Assembly (NCBI GenBank): GCA_938005745.1
Contig: CALLMM010000002.1
Location: forward strand, 101,000-164,999
Origin: an uncultured Chthonomonadales bacterium
Lineage (GTDB): Bacteria > Armatimonadota > Chthonomonadetes > Chthonomonadales > CAJBBX01
Direction: 5' to 3'
DNA: 64,000 nt
Shown here: piece after piece, positions 7,773 through 16,660 of the stretch
Layout of the letters: every line of letters starts with the position of its first letter
Numbering within the stretch: position 1 is the stretch's first letter
The notes under the pieces: model-generated
What the model was told of the DNA's origin: nothing
The model's input: the letters and a program-made list of their open reading frames with translations, nothing else
The model's database searches: none
Program-made: the position numbers and the translations under genes

Positions 7773-10700
7773 TCAGCGGTCGCGCCGGTCAACGCCCGCG
7801 CCGCTGCGATCGGGATATGCCGGACGTTTCGGAGCCACATACGGATTGCGCTTCAGTTCCTCCTGCAGGTGCTTGATCGCCGCATCCAGCTGCGGATCGC
7901 CGCCGTTGACCATCAGCGCGGGATCGTCCACCACCTCGATGTCCGGGTCCACGCCATACCCCTCGATCCCCCAGGTTCCGTCCTTGCGATAGAAGGCAAA
8001 GGTCGGCGCGGTAACCCTTCCGCCATCAATCAAGCCCGGATTTCCGGAGATGCCGACCAGACCGCCCCAGGTGCGCGTTCCGATCAGCTTGCCCAGACCC
8101 GCCTGACGGAAGTACCAGGGGAAGGCGTCGCCGCCCGACCCCGCCAGACCGTTGATCAGCATCGCCTTCGGTCCCTGATGCGAATCGGGGGGCCAGCGGA
8201 AGTCGTTGCCGTCCCGGCGCGCCCAGTAGTTGGTTACCGGACGGTTGAGCAGTTCGATGAAGCGAGTGGGAATCTGCCCGCCGCCGTTCCACCGTTCGTC
8301 TATAATCAGCGCCTCTTTGCCGCGCTGTCCGACCAGCTGCCGCACCAGATCGCTCTGCCCGCCGGTTCCAGTATCCGGCACATAGATATAGCCGATCCTG
8401 CCGTTGGACTGCTTCTCCACATAGGCGCGGTTGCGCTCGATCCACGCCCGGTAGCGCAGAAGGGAGTCGCTGCCGGTCAGGTGCACCGCCACCTCGCGCG
8501 CCGTCGAGTCCCGCTGCGGCTTATCGCTCACGGTGAGCGTGACGGTTCGATCCGCCAGCCCCTGAAACGCCGCCCAGGGGTCTCTGTCGGTGTCCATCGG
8601 AACCCCGTTGACCGCCAGCAGGTAGTCGCCGACCTTCACCTGCCCGCCGGTCTGCGTGAGCGGGTTGCGCGCATCGGTGTCCCACGCCGCGCCCTGATAG
8701 ATGTTCGTAATCCGGTACGCGCCGTTCTCCAGCGCAAAGTCCACGCCCATCATGCCGACGGAGACGCTCGGCTGAGACTCCACATCGCCGCCGAAGTAGT
8801 AGGCGTGCCCGACATTCAGCTCCGCGATCATCTCGCCGATGACGTAGCTGACATCCTCACGGCTCACGCAGTCCGCCAGCATCGGCGCATACTGCTCCCG
8901 AACCTTCACCCAGTCCACCCCGTGCATATTCGGGTCGTAGAAGAAGTCTCTCTCGATGCGCCAGGCGTCGTTGAAAAGCTGCCTCCACTCCTCGCGCGGG
9001 TCAATCATGGCGGTCATGCCGGAGGTAACCACCGCCTCGCCCTGCGCGCCGGGCGCAGCGTCCTGGATCGTGGCGGCGTTGCCGCGAATCACCAGCAGCT
9101 TCTTGCCGTCCGCCGAGAGGTCGTAACTAGAGGCGCCGGCAGCCACCATCTTCTCTTCACGCTTCTCGTCGTTGATATCGAACAGCTTGATGCCCGCGCC
9201 GTCCTCCGCACCCGCCACCGGGATTCGCGCAAAGATCAGTTGATTGCGGTCGTTGACGGAGAGTCCGCTGAACCGCCCCGGGCGTACCGGCAGCGCGATC
9301 ACCCGCGCCTCGAAGCCGTCGAAGTCTATCGTTACCCTCTCCGGAGCCTTTGGCGCGCCGCCCTGCGCCTGCGGCGCGGCTCCCTGCCCCGACGCGCCCG
9401 GAACGGCGGCTCCGCCGATGCGCTGCGCCCGGAAGGGGAAGCTGCCTCCGCCGGCGGATGCGGTCCCGCTCATGACCGCCCCGTTGATCTTCGCCGTGAT
9501 GGAGAGCGCGATGCCGCCATCCAGCGATCCGGAGAGGTTCAGCTCCTTCGAGGCTGGTTGATAGGTTCCGGACACCGTCCCGTTGCCCATCTGCGTCTCG
9601 AGGGTTCCGGAGACCATGCTGCCGGCTCCCAGTTTGAGCGTGATCTTGAAGCTGATGCTGCCGCCCGGAAGCTCCTGTCCGGCCGCCCTGCCCTCCCAGA
9701 CGCCGCTGACCTCATCGGCTTGCGCTGCGATCTGCGGCGCTTCGCGCTCCAGCGATATCTGCCCGGTTCGGGGCTTGTCCTCCGTCTTCGGCTCGCTCCA
9801 GGTCTCCTCATCCACCTTCGGCGCGTAGGGATACTTCAGGTCTTTACGCAGCGGCGCCGCCATCAGCATCTCGGAACCGGTGTATATCCAGGTGGTGCCG
9901 AAGTCCTCATACGTCGGGCGGAAGTTCCGATTGCTGATAAAGTAGAGGTACTCGCCTTTCCGGTCGAATACCGGCTGCACGTCGTTGAACATCCCGCTGG
10001 TTACCGAACGCTTCTCGCCCGTCTCCACGTTGTAGAACCAGAGAACGCCCTGCTGCGAGCGGTCATCGCTGCGCGCATAGACCAGCCAGCGGCTGTCGTG
10101 CGACCAGCTGGCGGACAGGCGAATATCCCAGTTGTCCCTGTCCACCAGTTTCGTCTGCCCGGAGGCGAGGGTGTAGAGGAACAGGGAGCCGGTCTTATCG
10201 CCAAACAGGAGGTGTCTGCTGTCGGGCGACCAGCGGGGCATCCAGCGAAAGGCTTTCCCGTCCTTCGTCAGCGCCTTTGTCTCGCCCCTGCCGTCCGACT
10301 GCGTGATGTAGAGTTCATACTCGCCGGTCTTATCGGAGAAGTAGGCGATCCAGCGTCCGTCGGGACTCCAGGCGGGGTCGCGCTCCGCCACGCCGCTGGT
10401 GCGGGTCAGGTTGCGGGGCGTGCCGTCTTTTGCGGGCAGGGTCCAGATGTCGCCGCGCGCCTCCACGGCGGCGCGTTTTCCGGTGGATGAGATGCTCCAG
10501 CCCTCAATAAACCGGCTGGCGTCTACCGCCCGGGCGCGCAGGGTTGGGCGGTCACCGGGAATGCGAACCTCCACCGTCCGCGTTTTGCCGGTGGACAGGT
10601 CGAGCGTCTGCAGCTCGGAGCCGTACTGATAGACGATCTCTCCCCCGCCTTTCGGACCAGGTCCGATGGAGGGCCACTTCACATCGTACTCCCTGAACCG

Positions 10701-11483
10701 GGTCACCTGCTGTCGCCTTCCCGTCTTCACGTCATAGACCCAGATGTTCAGGCGATGCTCCGTGCCCTGATCCGACAGGTAGTAGAGCTTCTCTCCGTGC
10801 CACATCGGGACGCCGTCCGTCCCCGCCCAGTCGGTAATCTTTTTCGACCGGAGGCTCTTGAGGTCGAACAGCCAGATGTCGGTCGCCATGCCGCCCTGAT
10901 ACCGCTTCCAGGTGCTGAACAGGGTGGTGTGCGGCGTGTAGGCGAGCCACTGCCCGTCGGCGCTGAGGGAGGCGTCTTCGCCATAGGGGACGGGCAGCTT
11001 TGCGGGCAAGCCTCCCCGGGCGGGAACCAGAAACAGCTGCCGCTGTCGCCCCAGTCCCGCCAAGCCGTTGGTCGCAAACAGCAGTTTTCCGTCCGCCGTC
11101 CAGTCGCAGAGAAACTCGGCGGAGGGATGATGGGTCACCCGATGCGGCAGCCCGCCCTCGACCGGGATCGTGTAGAGATCGCGATTGCCGTCGTAGTTGC
11201 CGACGAAGGCGATGGTTCTGCCATCGGCGCTGAACCGGGGGAAGGTCTCTGCGCCCGGAGGGCTTGCCAGCGGAAGGGCGACCCCGCCCTCACGGGGAAC
11301 CAGCCAGAGGTCGTTGGCATAGGTGAAAACAATGTGCGTCGCGCTGATATCCGGATAGCGCATCATTCCGCTGTGGGGTTTGATGTTTGCCTGTGGAGCC
11401 TGCGCCCACGCAAAGGGAAGACCGAGCAGCGTCAAAGCGCCAACCAGCGCCGGCAGCGCCGCCCGGTATCTGCGAGTGATCAT
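7773..11483 (-). CDS. Tricorn protease homologue (TolB-like beta-propellers, PDZ and S41 peptidase) with an internal insertion
   Basis: 1236-aa ORF. Signal peptide, then MRYPDISATHIVFTYANDLWLV, a typical tricorn-homologue N-terminus. Repeated propeller blades (WSPDG...). The C-terminal S41-type region contains GGGQIPTRFIELL and LINGLAGSGGDAFP. Confidence 0.85.
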   Translation of the reverse strand: MITRRYRAALPALVGALTLLGLPFAWAQAPQANIKPHSGMMRYPDISATHIVFTYANDLWLVPREGGVALPLASPPGAETFPRFSADGRTIAFVGNYDGNRDLYTIPVEGGLPHRVTHHPSAEFLCDWTADGKLLFATNGLAGLGRQRQLFLVPARGGLPAKLPVPYGEDASLSADGQWLAYTPHTTLFSTWKRYQGGMATDIWLFDLKSLRSKKITDWAGTDGVPMWHGEKLYYLSDQGTEHRLNIWVYDVKTGRRQQVTRFREYDVKWPSIGPGPKGGGEIVYQYGSELQTLDLSTGKTRTVEVRIPGDRPTLRARAVDASRFIEGWSISSTGKRAAVEARGDIWTLPAKDGTPRNLTRTSGVAERDPAWSPDGRWIAYFSDKTGEYELYITQSDGRGETKALTKDGKAFRWMPRWSPDSRHLLFGDKTGSLFLYTLASGQTKLVDRDNWDIRLSASWSHDSRWLVYARSDDRSQQGVLWFYNVETGEKRSVTSGMFNDVQPVFDRKGEYLYFISNRNFRPTYEDFGTTWIYTGSEMLMAAPLRKDLKYPYAPKVDEETWSEPKTEDKPRTGQISLEREAPQIAAQADEVSGVWEGRAAGQELPGGSISFKITLKLGAGSMVSGTLETQMGNGTVSGTYQPASKELNLSGSLDGGIALSITAKINGAVMSGTASAGGGSFPFRAQRIGGAAVPGASGQGAAPQAQGGAPKAPERVTIDFDGFEARVIALPVRPGRFSGLSVNDRNQLIFARIPVAGAEDGAGIKLFDINDEKREEKMVAAGASSYDLSADGKKLLVIRGNAATIQDAAPGAQGEAVVTSGMTAMIDPREEWRQLFNDAWRIERDFFYDPNMHGVDWVKVREQYAPMLADCVSREDVSYVIGEMIAELNVGHAYYFGGDVESQPSVSVGMMGVDFALENGAYRITNIYQGAAWDTDARNPLTQTGGQVKVGDYLLAVNGVPMDTDRDPWAAFQGLADRTVTLTVSDKPQRDSTAREVAVHLTGSDSLLRYRAWIERNRAYVEKQSNGRIGYIYVPDTGTGGQSDLVRQLVGQRGKEALIIDERWNGGGQIPTRFIELLNRPVTNYWARRDGNDFRWPPDSHQGPKAMLINGLAGSGGDAFPWYFRQAGLGKLIGTRTWGGLVGISGNPGLIDGGRVTAPTFAFYRKDGTWGIEGYGVDPDIEVVDDPALMVNGGDPQLDAAIKHLQEELKRNPYVAPKRPAYPDRSGAGVDRRDR

Positions 11484-11527
11484 ATCCTATCCTTCCAGAA
11501 CAGACTGCGTCAGGGCGATCCTGACAC

Positions 11528-11569
11528 CCGGAGCGTAGACGAAACGGTCTGCGCTCCGGTTTCGTTTTT
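11528..11569 (+). terminator. Orphan terminator-like hairpin with T-tract on the plus strand
   Basis: 13-bp stem ccggagcgtagac / gtctgcgctccgg (one G-T wobble), 6-nt loop, then tttcgttttt. No plus-strand gene lies upstream. It sits between the tricorn start and the folE stop. Confidence 0.4.
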
Positions 11570-11595
11570 CCGGCGAGCAGGTGAAGGATCGCCGG

Positions 11596-12150
11596 CTATA
11601 CGTTGCGCTCAAGATGCAGCAGGTTCAGAAACTCCTCCCGCGTCGGACGATCCTCGCGAAAGATTCCCCGCATCTCGCTGGTGGTTACCTTGCTGTTCTG
11701 CTTCTCCACGCCCCGCGCCATCATGCACATATGCCGCGCCTCCATCACCACGCCGACGCCTTTGGGCTGAAGCACCTCCTCCAGCGCCATCGCGATCTGC
11801 ACGGTCATCCGCTCCTGCACCTGCAGTCTTCGGGCGAAGATGTCCACCAGCCGCGCCAGCTTGCTGATGCCGATGATCTTTCCGGCGGGCAGGTAGGCGA
11901 CGTGCGCCTTGCCGAAAAAGGGAAGGATATGGTGCTCGCAGAGACTGTAGAACTCGATGTCGCGCACAATCACCATCTGATCGTGCGTCTCGGTGAAGAT
12001 CGCGTCGTTGACGATCTCCTCCACGCTCTGACGATAGCCCTGCGTCAGGTAGCGCATGGCTTCGGCAGCGCGGCTGGGGGTCTTGATCAGTCCTTCGCGA
12101 TCCGGGTCTTCTCCGATCTGTATCAAAATCTGCCGGTATTGCTCTTCCAT
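11596..12150 (-). CDS. folE: GTP cyclohydrolase I
   Basis: 184 aa. Contains [28 protein letters not shown] and [15 protein letters not shown], typical FolE motifs. Confidence 0.95.
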   Translation of the reverse strand: MEEQYRQILIQIGEDPDREGLIKTPSRAAEAMRYLTQGYRQSVEEIVNDAIFTETHDQMVIVRDIEFYSLCEHHILPFFGKAHVAYLPAGKIIGISKLARLVDIFARRLQVQERMTVQIAMALEEVLQPKGVGVVMEARHMCMMARGVEKQNSKVTTSEMRGIFREDRPTREEFLNLLHLERNV

Positions 12151-12196
12151 CTTCGCTCACAAACCCCTGTTATCCGGCGAACTCGCGGTTGACCGG

Positions 12197-12934
12197 CTAC
12201 CCCTCGCGCGCAAGCGCGCGGTATCGCAGATAGAGTTCGCTTCCATCCCGGTAGAGAGAGAGCAGCTGCATGGGAATAAACGCCTGTCCCGGCAGTCCGG
12301 GACCGTCTACCACGGTTGGCAGATGCGCTCCCCCTTTAATCTTCGGCGCCAGTGTCAGAAATAACTCGTCCACCAGCCCCTTCTCAAAAAAAAGATAGTT
12401 GATCGCCGCGCCTCCCTCCAGCGCCAGGCGTCGGATACCGAACTCCTCCCGCAGCAGACGCAGCGCCGCCGGCAGATCCGCCTCCTCCCGCCCGACCAGC
12501 CGCAGCGTCGCCGCGCGCTCCAGCCGCTCCCGCGTTTCGGCGGAGAGGGACTCCGGCGCAAAGACGATGGCGCGCCCCGGCGGATCGGTAAAGAAGCGGT
12601 TCTCCAGGGGCAGATCGCCGGTGCGGGTAACGACGACGCGCCATAACGGCAGGGGATAGACCACCTGACCGGGTCGCAGGGTTCCCGCCCCGATCATCAC
12701 CGCCTCCGCCGCCTCCTCCAGACGGCGCATCAGCATCTGATCGGTCGGGCTTCCCAGCCCTGCGGCGGTAGAGCCGATGGGTCCCTGCAGAGTCTTCCCG
12801 TCCGCCGTCGAGACCATATTGATGAAGACATAGGGACGACCCGGCGGCGGCTCCGGGAAGCGAAGTCCCTCGTAGAGCCGATCGGGCGTCCCGGGCGGCT
12901 CTTCCGTCAGATCCAGCAGCTTTTCTATGGACAA
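12197..12934 (-). CDS. RibD C-terminal-domain / dihydrofolate-reductase-like reductase
   Basis: YVFINMVSTADGK...GAGTL...RRLALEGGAAIN...DELFLTLAPKI resembles the RibD_C fold. I chose the TTG start at 12932-12934 because aaggag lies 6 nt upstream. The longest ORF runs to 13069. Confidence 0.65.
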   Translation of the reverse strand: MSIEKLLDLTEEPPGTPDRLYEGLRFPEPPPGRPYVFINMVSTADGKTLQGPIGSTAAGLGSPTDQMLMRRLEEAAEAVMIGAGTLRPGQVVYPLPLWRVVVTRTGDLPLENRFFTDPPGRAIVFAPESLSAETRERLERAATLRLVGREEADLPAALRLLREEFGIRRLALEGGAAINYLFFEKGLVDELFLTLAPKIKGGAHLPTVVDGPGLPGQAFIPMQLLSLYRDGSELYLRYRALAREG

Positions 12935-12992
12935 TGATGACTCCTTATATATTGTGCTGCGATAATCGTGATAGACTGATGTGTGTGTTTGT

Positions 12993-13150
12993 GAGATTGC
13001 TTCGGTCGGCTTGCGCCTCCCTCGCCATGACATTTCGGGACGCTCGCCCCTTCCAGAGACGCGCGACATGCCCCTAGCCTGTCATTGCGAGCGCAGCGAG
13101 CAATCTTTTGCCTGCCGGAACGCAGGAGATTGCTTCGGTCGGCTGCGCCT
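12993..13150. repeat. Short interspersed element: two direct copies and one inverted partial copy
   Basis: gagattgcttcggtcggcttgcgcct (12993-13018) and gagattgcttcggtcggctgcgcct (13126-13150) differ by one indel. gtcattgcgagcgcagcgagcaatct (13081-13106) is a related inverted copy. Confidence 0.7.
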
Positions 13151-13422
13151 GCCCTGCAAGGACGACCGGGAGGCTCTACGACTGCAGAAAGAGGAGCGTT
13201 CCCGCTGTAGCGGCGCAGGCGGCTTTTCATCCTCTACTTAACATCATGAATACGACTGGCGCCTCTCAAGGTTGTTATACCTGCTTGCCGGTTCTCCCGA
13301 CAACGCGCTGCGTACGCAGCGCAGCGGCTCTATCGGGTAGACTATAGGGCAGCAGCGGAGCGAGCAGACCTGCCGTCGGGTCGCCCCTCCGCCGATCTAG
13401 ATTGGATGCTCACCTTCCGCGC

Positions 13423-15486
13423 ATGCAACGCACCATTCACCTGCTTCTCCGGGCATGTATCGCTGTGGGACTGGCTGCCGGTCTCTATGCAGCCCTCCAG
13501 CGCTACCACGCCGAACGCCTCAACCGCCGGGTCGAGATCGCCGTAGACCTGCTGGAGGTCAAAACGCTTGCCGCCGCCGCCCGCAAGCCGCTCCAGGAGA
13601 CGCTCCGGCATCTCAAGAGCGCGGGCGTTACCTCTGTCGCCATCCCGGAAGACACCCTGACCACCCTCGAACAGCAGGGAGAGACGCACATCGCCCGTCG
13701 CGGGAACGTAACCACGCTGACCCTCTCCTCCGCCTCCGTTCTGGAGCGGCTGCGCACGGGACTGGCGCATCGAGGCTACCCCTGCTCACCCTCCCCTCCC
13801 GCCGGCTCCTTTGACAGTCTGACCATGCTGCGGCTGGAGGCGGATGGAGGCGCGAACTCCGCAGCCTGCTATCTGCCGGCAGACTATGCCGTGCTGCGTC
13901 CGCTCGGTTTCGGGCTGGACCCGCAGGCGGTCGAACTGGTGCGACAGGCGGGGCTGTATCCCGTCGGGCGGATCAGCAACTTCCCCGGAGCCTCCCCGCA
14001 GACCATGCAGGCGACCCTGAATGAACTGCGGCGGCTGGGGATTCAGACCGTCATCTTTCAGGGGCTGGAGGTTCTGGGTTTCCGCGGACAGACGAAGGAG
14101 GCGGCTGCCGCGCTGCAAGCCAGCGGTCTCCTCTACGGGCAGGTGGAGTTCGGGAAGCAGAAGGGCGACGCCTCCCTCAGCGTCGCGCTCAGAGGCGAAT
14201 ATCTGCGCGTCCACAGCATCACCGAAGGGGAGATGGGGATACTGGATGAGAGCGAAGCCATAGACCGCTTCGAGCGCGCCGCCCGCGAACGCAACATACG
14301 TCTGTGCTACGTCCGCCTCGTCACCTACGCGGGAGAGGACCCCGAAAAGACCAACGCCGCCTATATCCATCAGATCGCCAGAGGCATCATGCGCGGCGGC
14401 GAGATGCAGTTGGGACAGGCGCGGCTCTTTTCCGAAACGGGTGTCCCCTTTGCGGTCTATCCTCTGATCGCCGTCGGGATCGCCGCCGCCTGCGCCCTGC
14501 TTCTGTCTCGCCTGCTTGCGCTCTCCCCCTCCTCCCTTCTGCTGGTTTTCGGCATCTCGCTGGCGGTCTGCGCGGGGGCGACGCTGGCGCCGGGCGAGAC
14601 CGGGAAGAAGGGGGCGGCGCTGCTGGCTGCCTTCGTCTTCCCGACCCTCGCCTGCCTGCATCGCGGTGCGCTCACCCCCGCGGACTCCGATAAAGAGGAT
14701 TTCCCGCCGCTCGGCGCGAAAGCGGCGGCGGTTCGCGCGCTGATCGGCACATTTTATGCAAGCATGGTAACATCGGGCGGGATTATCGCCGTAATAGGGT
14801 TATTGGCGTCGCGCCCCTACATGCTCAAAGCCGATCAGTTTATGGGGATCAAAGCCGCGCATGTCGTGCCCATCTTTCTGATCGGACTGACCGCCATTGT
14901 CGGCTTGCCGCGCAGCGGCGCTCTCTGGCGCGAAGAGCGGCAGCGGATGCGCCGGCGCCTCGAAAGCTTCTGGGGCGAGCCGGCGCGGATCGGGATGCTG
15001 CTGCTGACGCTGATCGCCCTTGCCGCGCTGATGCTGGCGGTAGCGCGTACCGGCAATGAGCCGGGAGTCGGCGTATCCGGCTTCGAACTGAAGTTTCGCG
15101 CCCTGCTGGACAACCTGCTGCCGGCGCGCCCGCGCACCAAAGAGTTTCTGATCGGTCATCCGGCGTTTGTGCTGGCGCTCGCGCTCTTCTTCCGGGGGCG
15201 GCGGCGATTCACGCTTCCGCTGTTTGTGGTCGGGACGGTCGGTCAGGTCTCCCTTCTCAATACGTTCTGCCATATCCATACGCCGCTCTACCTCTCCGCC
15301 ATCCGGGCGGCAACCGGACTGGTCGCGGGCGCGGCGATTGGACTGGCGCTGTTCTGGCTGATCGAATGGTCCGCGGGACGCTCCGCCCGCCTCGCGCAGA
15401 CCCGCGCCGACGACCCGGCGCGCTCCTCCGCAGCCGAAGAGACGCCGCCTCGCCGCGATTGCGCGCCGGGAGAGCGTTCCGGGTGA
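13423..15486 (+). CDS. Large polytopic membrane protein, DUF5693-like
   Basis: N-terminal TM segment, a roughly 330-aa soluble domain, then multiple C-terminal TM helices. It sits directly upstream of csaB, a pairing I recall for DUF5693. Start taken at ATG 13423; the track start at 13402 is a TTG. Confidence 0.55.
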   Translation: MQRTIHLLLRACIAVGLAAGLYAALQRYHAERLNRRVEIAVDLLEVKTLAAAARKPLQETLRHLKSAGVTSVAIPEDTLTTLEQQGETHIARRGNVTTLTLSSASVLERLRTGLAHRGYPCSPSPPAGSFDSLTMLRLEADGGANSAACYLPADYAVLRPLGFGLDPQAVELVRQAGLYPVGRISNFPGASPQTMQATLNELRRLGIQTVIFQGLEVLGFRGQTKEAAAALQASGLLYGQVEFGKQKGDASLSVALRGEYLRVHSITEGEMGILDESEAIDRFERAARERNIRLCYVRLVTYAGEDPEKTNAAYIHQIARGIMRGGEMQLGQARLFSETGVPFAVYPLIAVGIAAACALLLSRLLALSPSSLLLVFGISLAVCAGATLAPGETGKKGAALLAAFVFPTLACLHRGALTPADSDKEDFPPLGAKAAAVRALIGTFYASMVTSGGIIAVIGLLASRPYMLKADQFMGIKAAHVVPIFLIGLTAIVGLPRSGALWREERQRMRRRLESFWGEPARIGMLLLTLIALAALMLAVARTGNEPGVGVSGFELKFRALLDNLLPARPRTKEFLIGHPAFVLALALFFRGRRRFTLPLFVVGTVGQVSLLNTFCHIHTPLYLSAIRAATGLVAGAAIGLALFWLIEWSAGRSARLAQTRADDPARSSAAEETPPRRDCAPGERSG

Positions 15487-15496
15487 GGATCGGCGA

Positions 15497-16660
15497 TTGA
15501 GACGCGACTCCTGCCTGCATATCGCCCTCTCCGGCTACTACGGGTGCGGCAATACCGGCGATGAAGCGGTGCTGGCGGGCATTGTCGAGTCGTTCCGGCA
15601 GCGCGCCGGAGAGGGCGCGGCGAGGATCACCGTCCTCTCCGCCGACCCGCAGGACACGCGGCGGCGTCATGGGCTGGACGCGGCAGACCGGATGCGGATG
15701 CCGCAGGTGCGCCGGACGCTGACGGAGTGCGACCTGCTGCTCTCCGGCGGCGGGAGCCTGCTGCAGGATGCAACCAGCCTGCGCTCCCTGCTCTACTACC
15801 TGATGGTGATCTGGATGGCGCGGCGGCAGGGCAAGCCGGTGATGTTCTACGCGCAGGGCATCGGTCCGCTGCGTCGGCGTATGGCGCGCGCGCTGACCCG
15901 CATGGTCGCCGACCGGACGCAGTATATCACGGTGCGCGATCCGGCGTCGGCAGAGCTGTTGAAGCGAATCGGAGTCCGAAAACCGCCGATAGAGGTGACG
16001 GCGGATCCCGCTTTTGCATTAAAACCGCAGGAACCGCAGGCGCTGGCGGCGTATCTTAAGAGAAGGGGGGAGTTTTGCGACAAACCCCTGATAGGGATCG
16101 CGCTGCGCCCCTGGATGCCGCCGGAGCCGACCGTCGAGGAGTATGCGCGGATGGCGCAGAGGACGGCGCAGAAGACCGGCGGACTCCTGCTCTTCCTGCC
16201 GATGCAGCCGCCGGGAGACGCGACGCTGTCACGGCAGATCGCCGACCGCCTGTCCGGCGCGGAGGTGCTGGAGGCTCCGCTCTCGCCGCAGGAGATGCTC
16301 GGCGTGACGGGGCGGCTGTCCGGCTTGATCGCCATGCGGCTCCATGCGCTGATCTTCGGCGCGATAGGAGCGGTTCCGATGGTGGCGCTGGGATACGACC
16401 CGAAGGTCGCCAGCCTGATGGAGACGCTGGGAGAGACGCAGCGCCATCTTCCGCTGGAGAGGTTCGACGCGGAGGCTGTTTCGCAGATGCTGGCAGCGGC
16501 GATGGCGGAGGGCGAGACGCTGCGCTCTCATCTGCGCAGACGCGCGCAAGAGCTGACCGAGCGCGCCCTGACGAACGTTGATCGCGCCCTGCTGGTGGCT
16601 GCAGGTCAGGTCTACGGAGCCGATACAGGCTTCACACGCCCCGACGAGGCTGCTCAATGA
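15497..16660 (+). CDS. csaB: Polysaccharide pyruvyl transferase CsaB
   Basis: 387 aa. LSGYYGCGNTGDEAVLAGI and LLLSGGGSLLQDATSLRSLLYY are typical of CsaB-type pyruvyl transferases. TTG start with gagga upstream. Confidence 0.8.
   Translation: MRRDSCLHIALSGYYGCGNTGDEAVLAGIVESFRQRAGEGAARITVLSADPQDTRRRHGLDAADRMRMPQVRRTLTECDLLLSGGGSLLQDATSLRSLLYYLMVIWMARRQGKPVMFYAQGIGPLRRRMARALTRMVADRTQYITVRDPASAELLKRIGVRKPPIEVTADPAFALKPQEPQALAAYLKRRGEFCDKPLIGIALRPWMPPEPTVEEYARMAQRTAQKTGGLLLFLPMQPPGDATLSRQIADRLSGAEVLEAPLSPQEMLGVTGRLSGLIAMRLHALIFGAIGAVPMVALGYDPKVASLMETLGETQRHLPLERFDAEAVSQMLAAAMAEGETLRSHLRRRAQELTERALTNVDRALLVAAGQVYGADTGFTRPDEAAQ

Noticed and set aside
7869-10490. 873-aa plus-strand ORF
   Set aside because: It is antisense to the well-supported tricorn protease gene. 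Its Arg/Ala/Gly/Pro-rich composition with no motifs is a typical high-GC shadow ORF.
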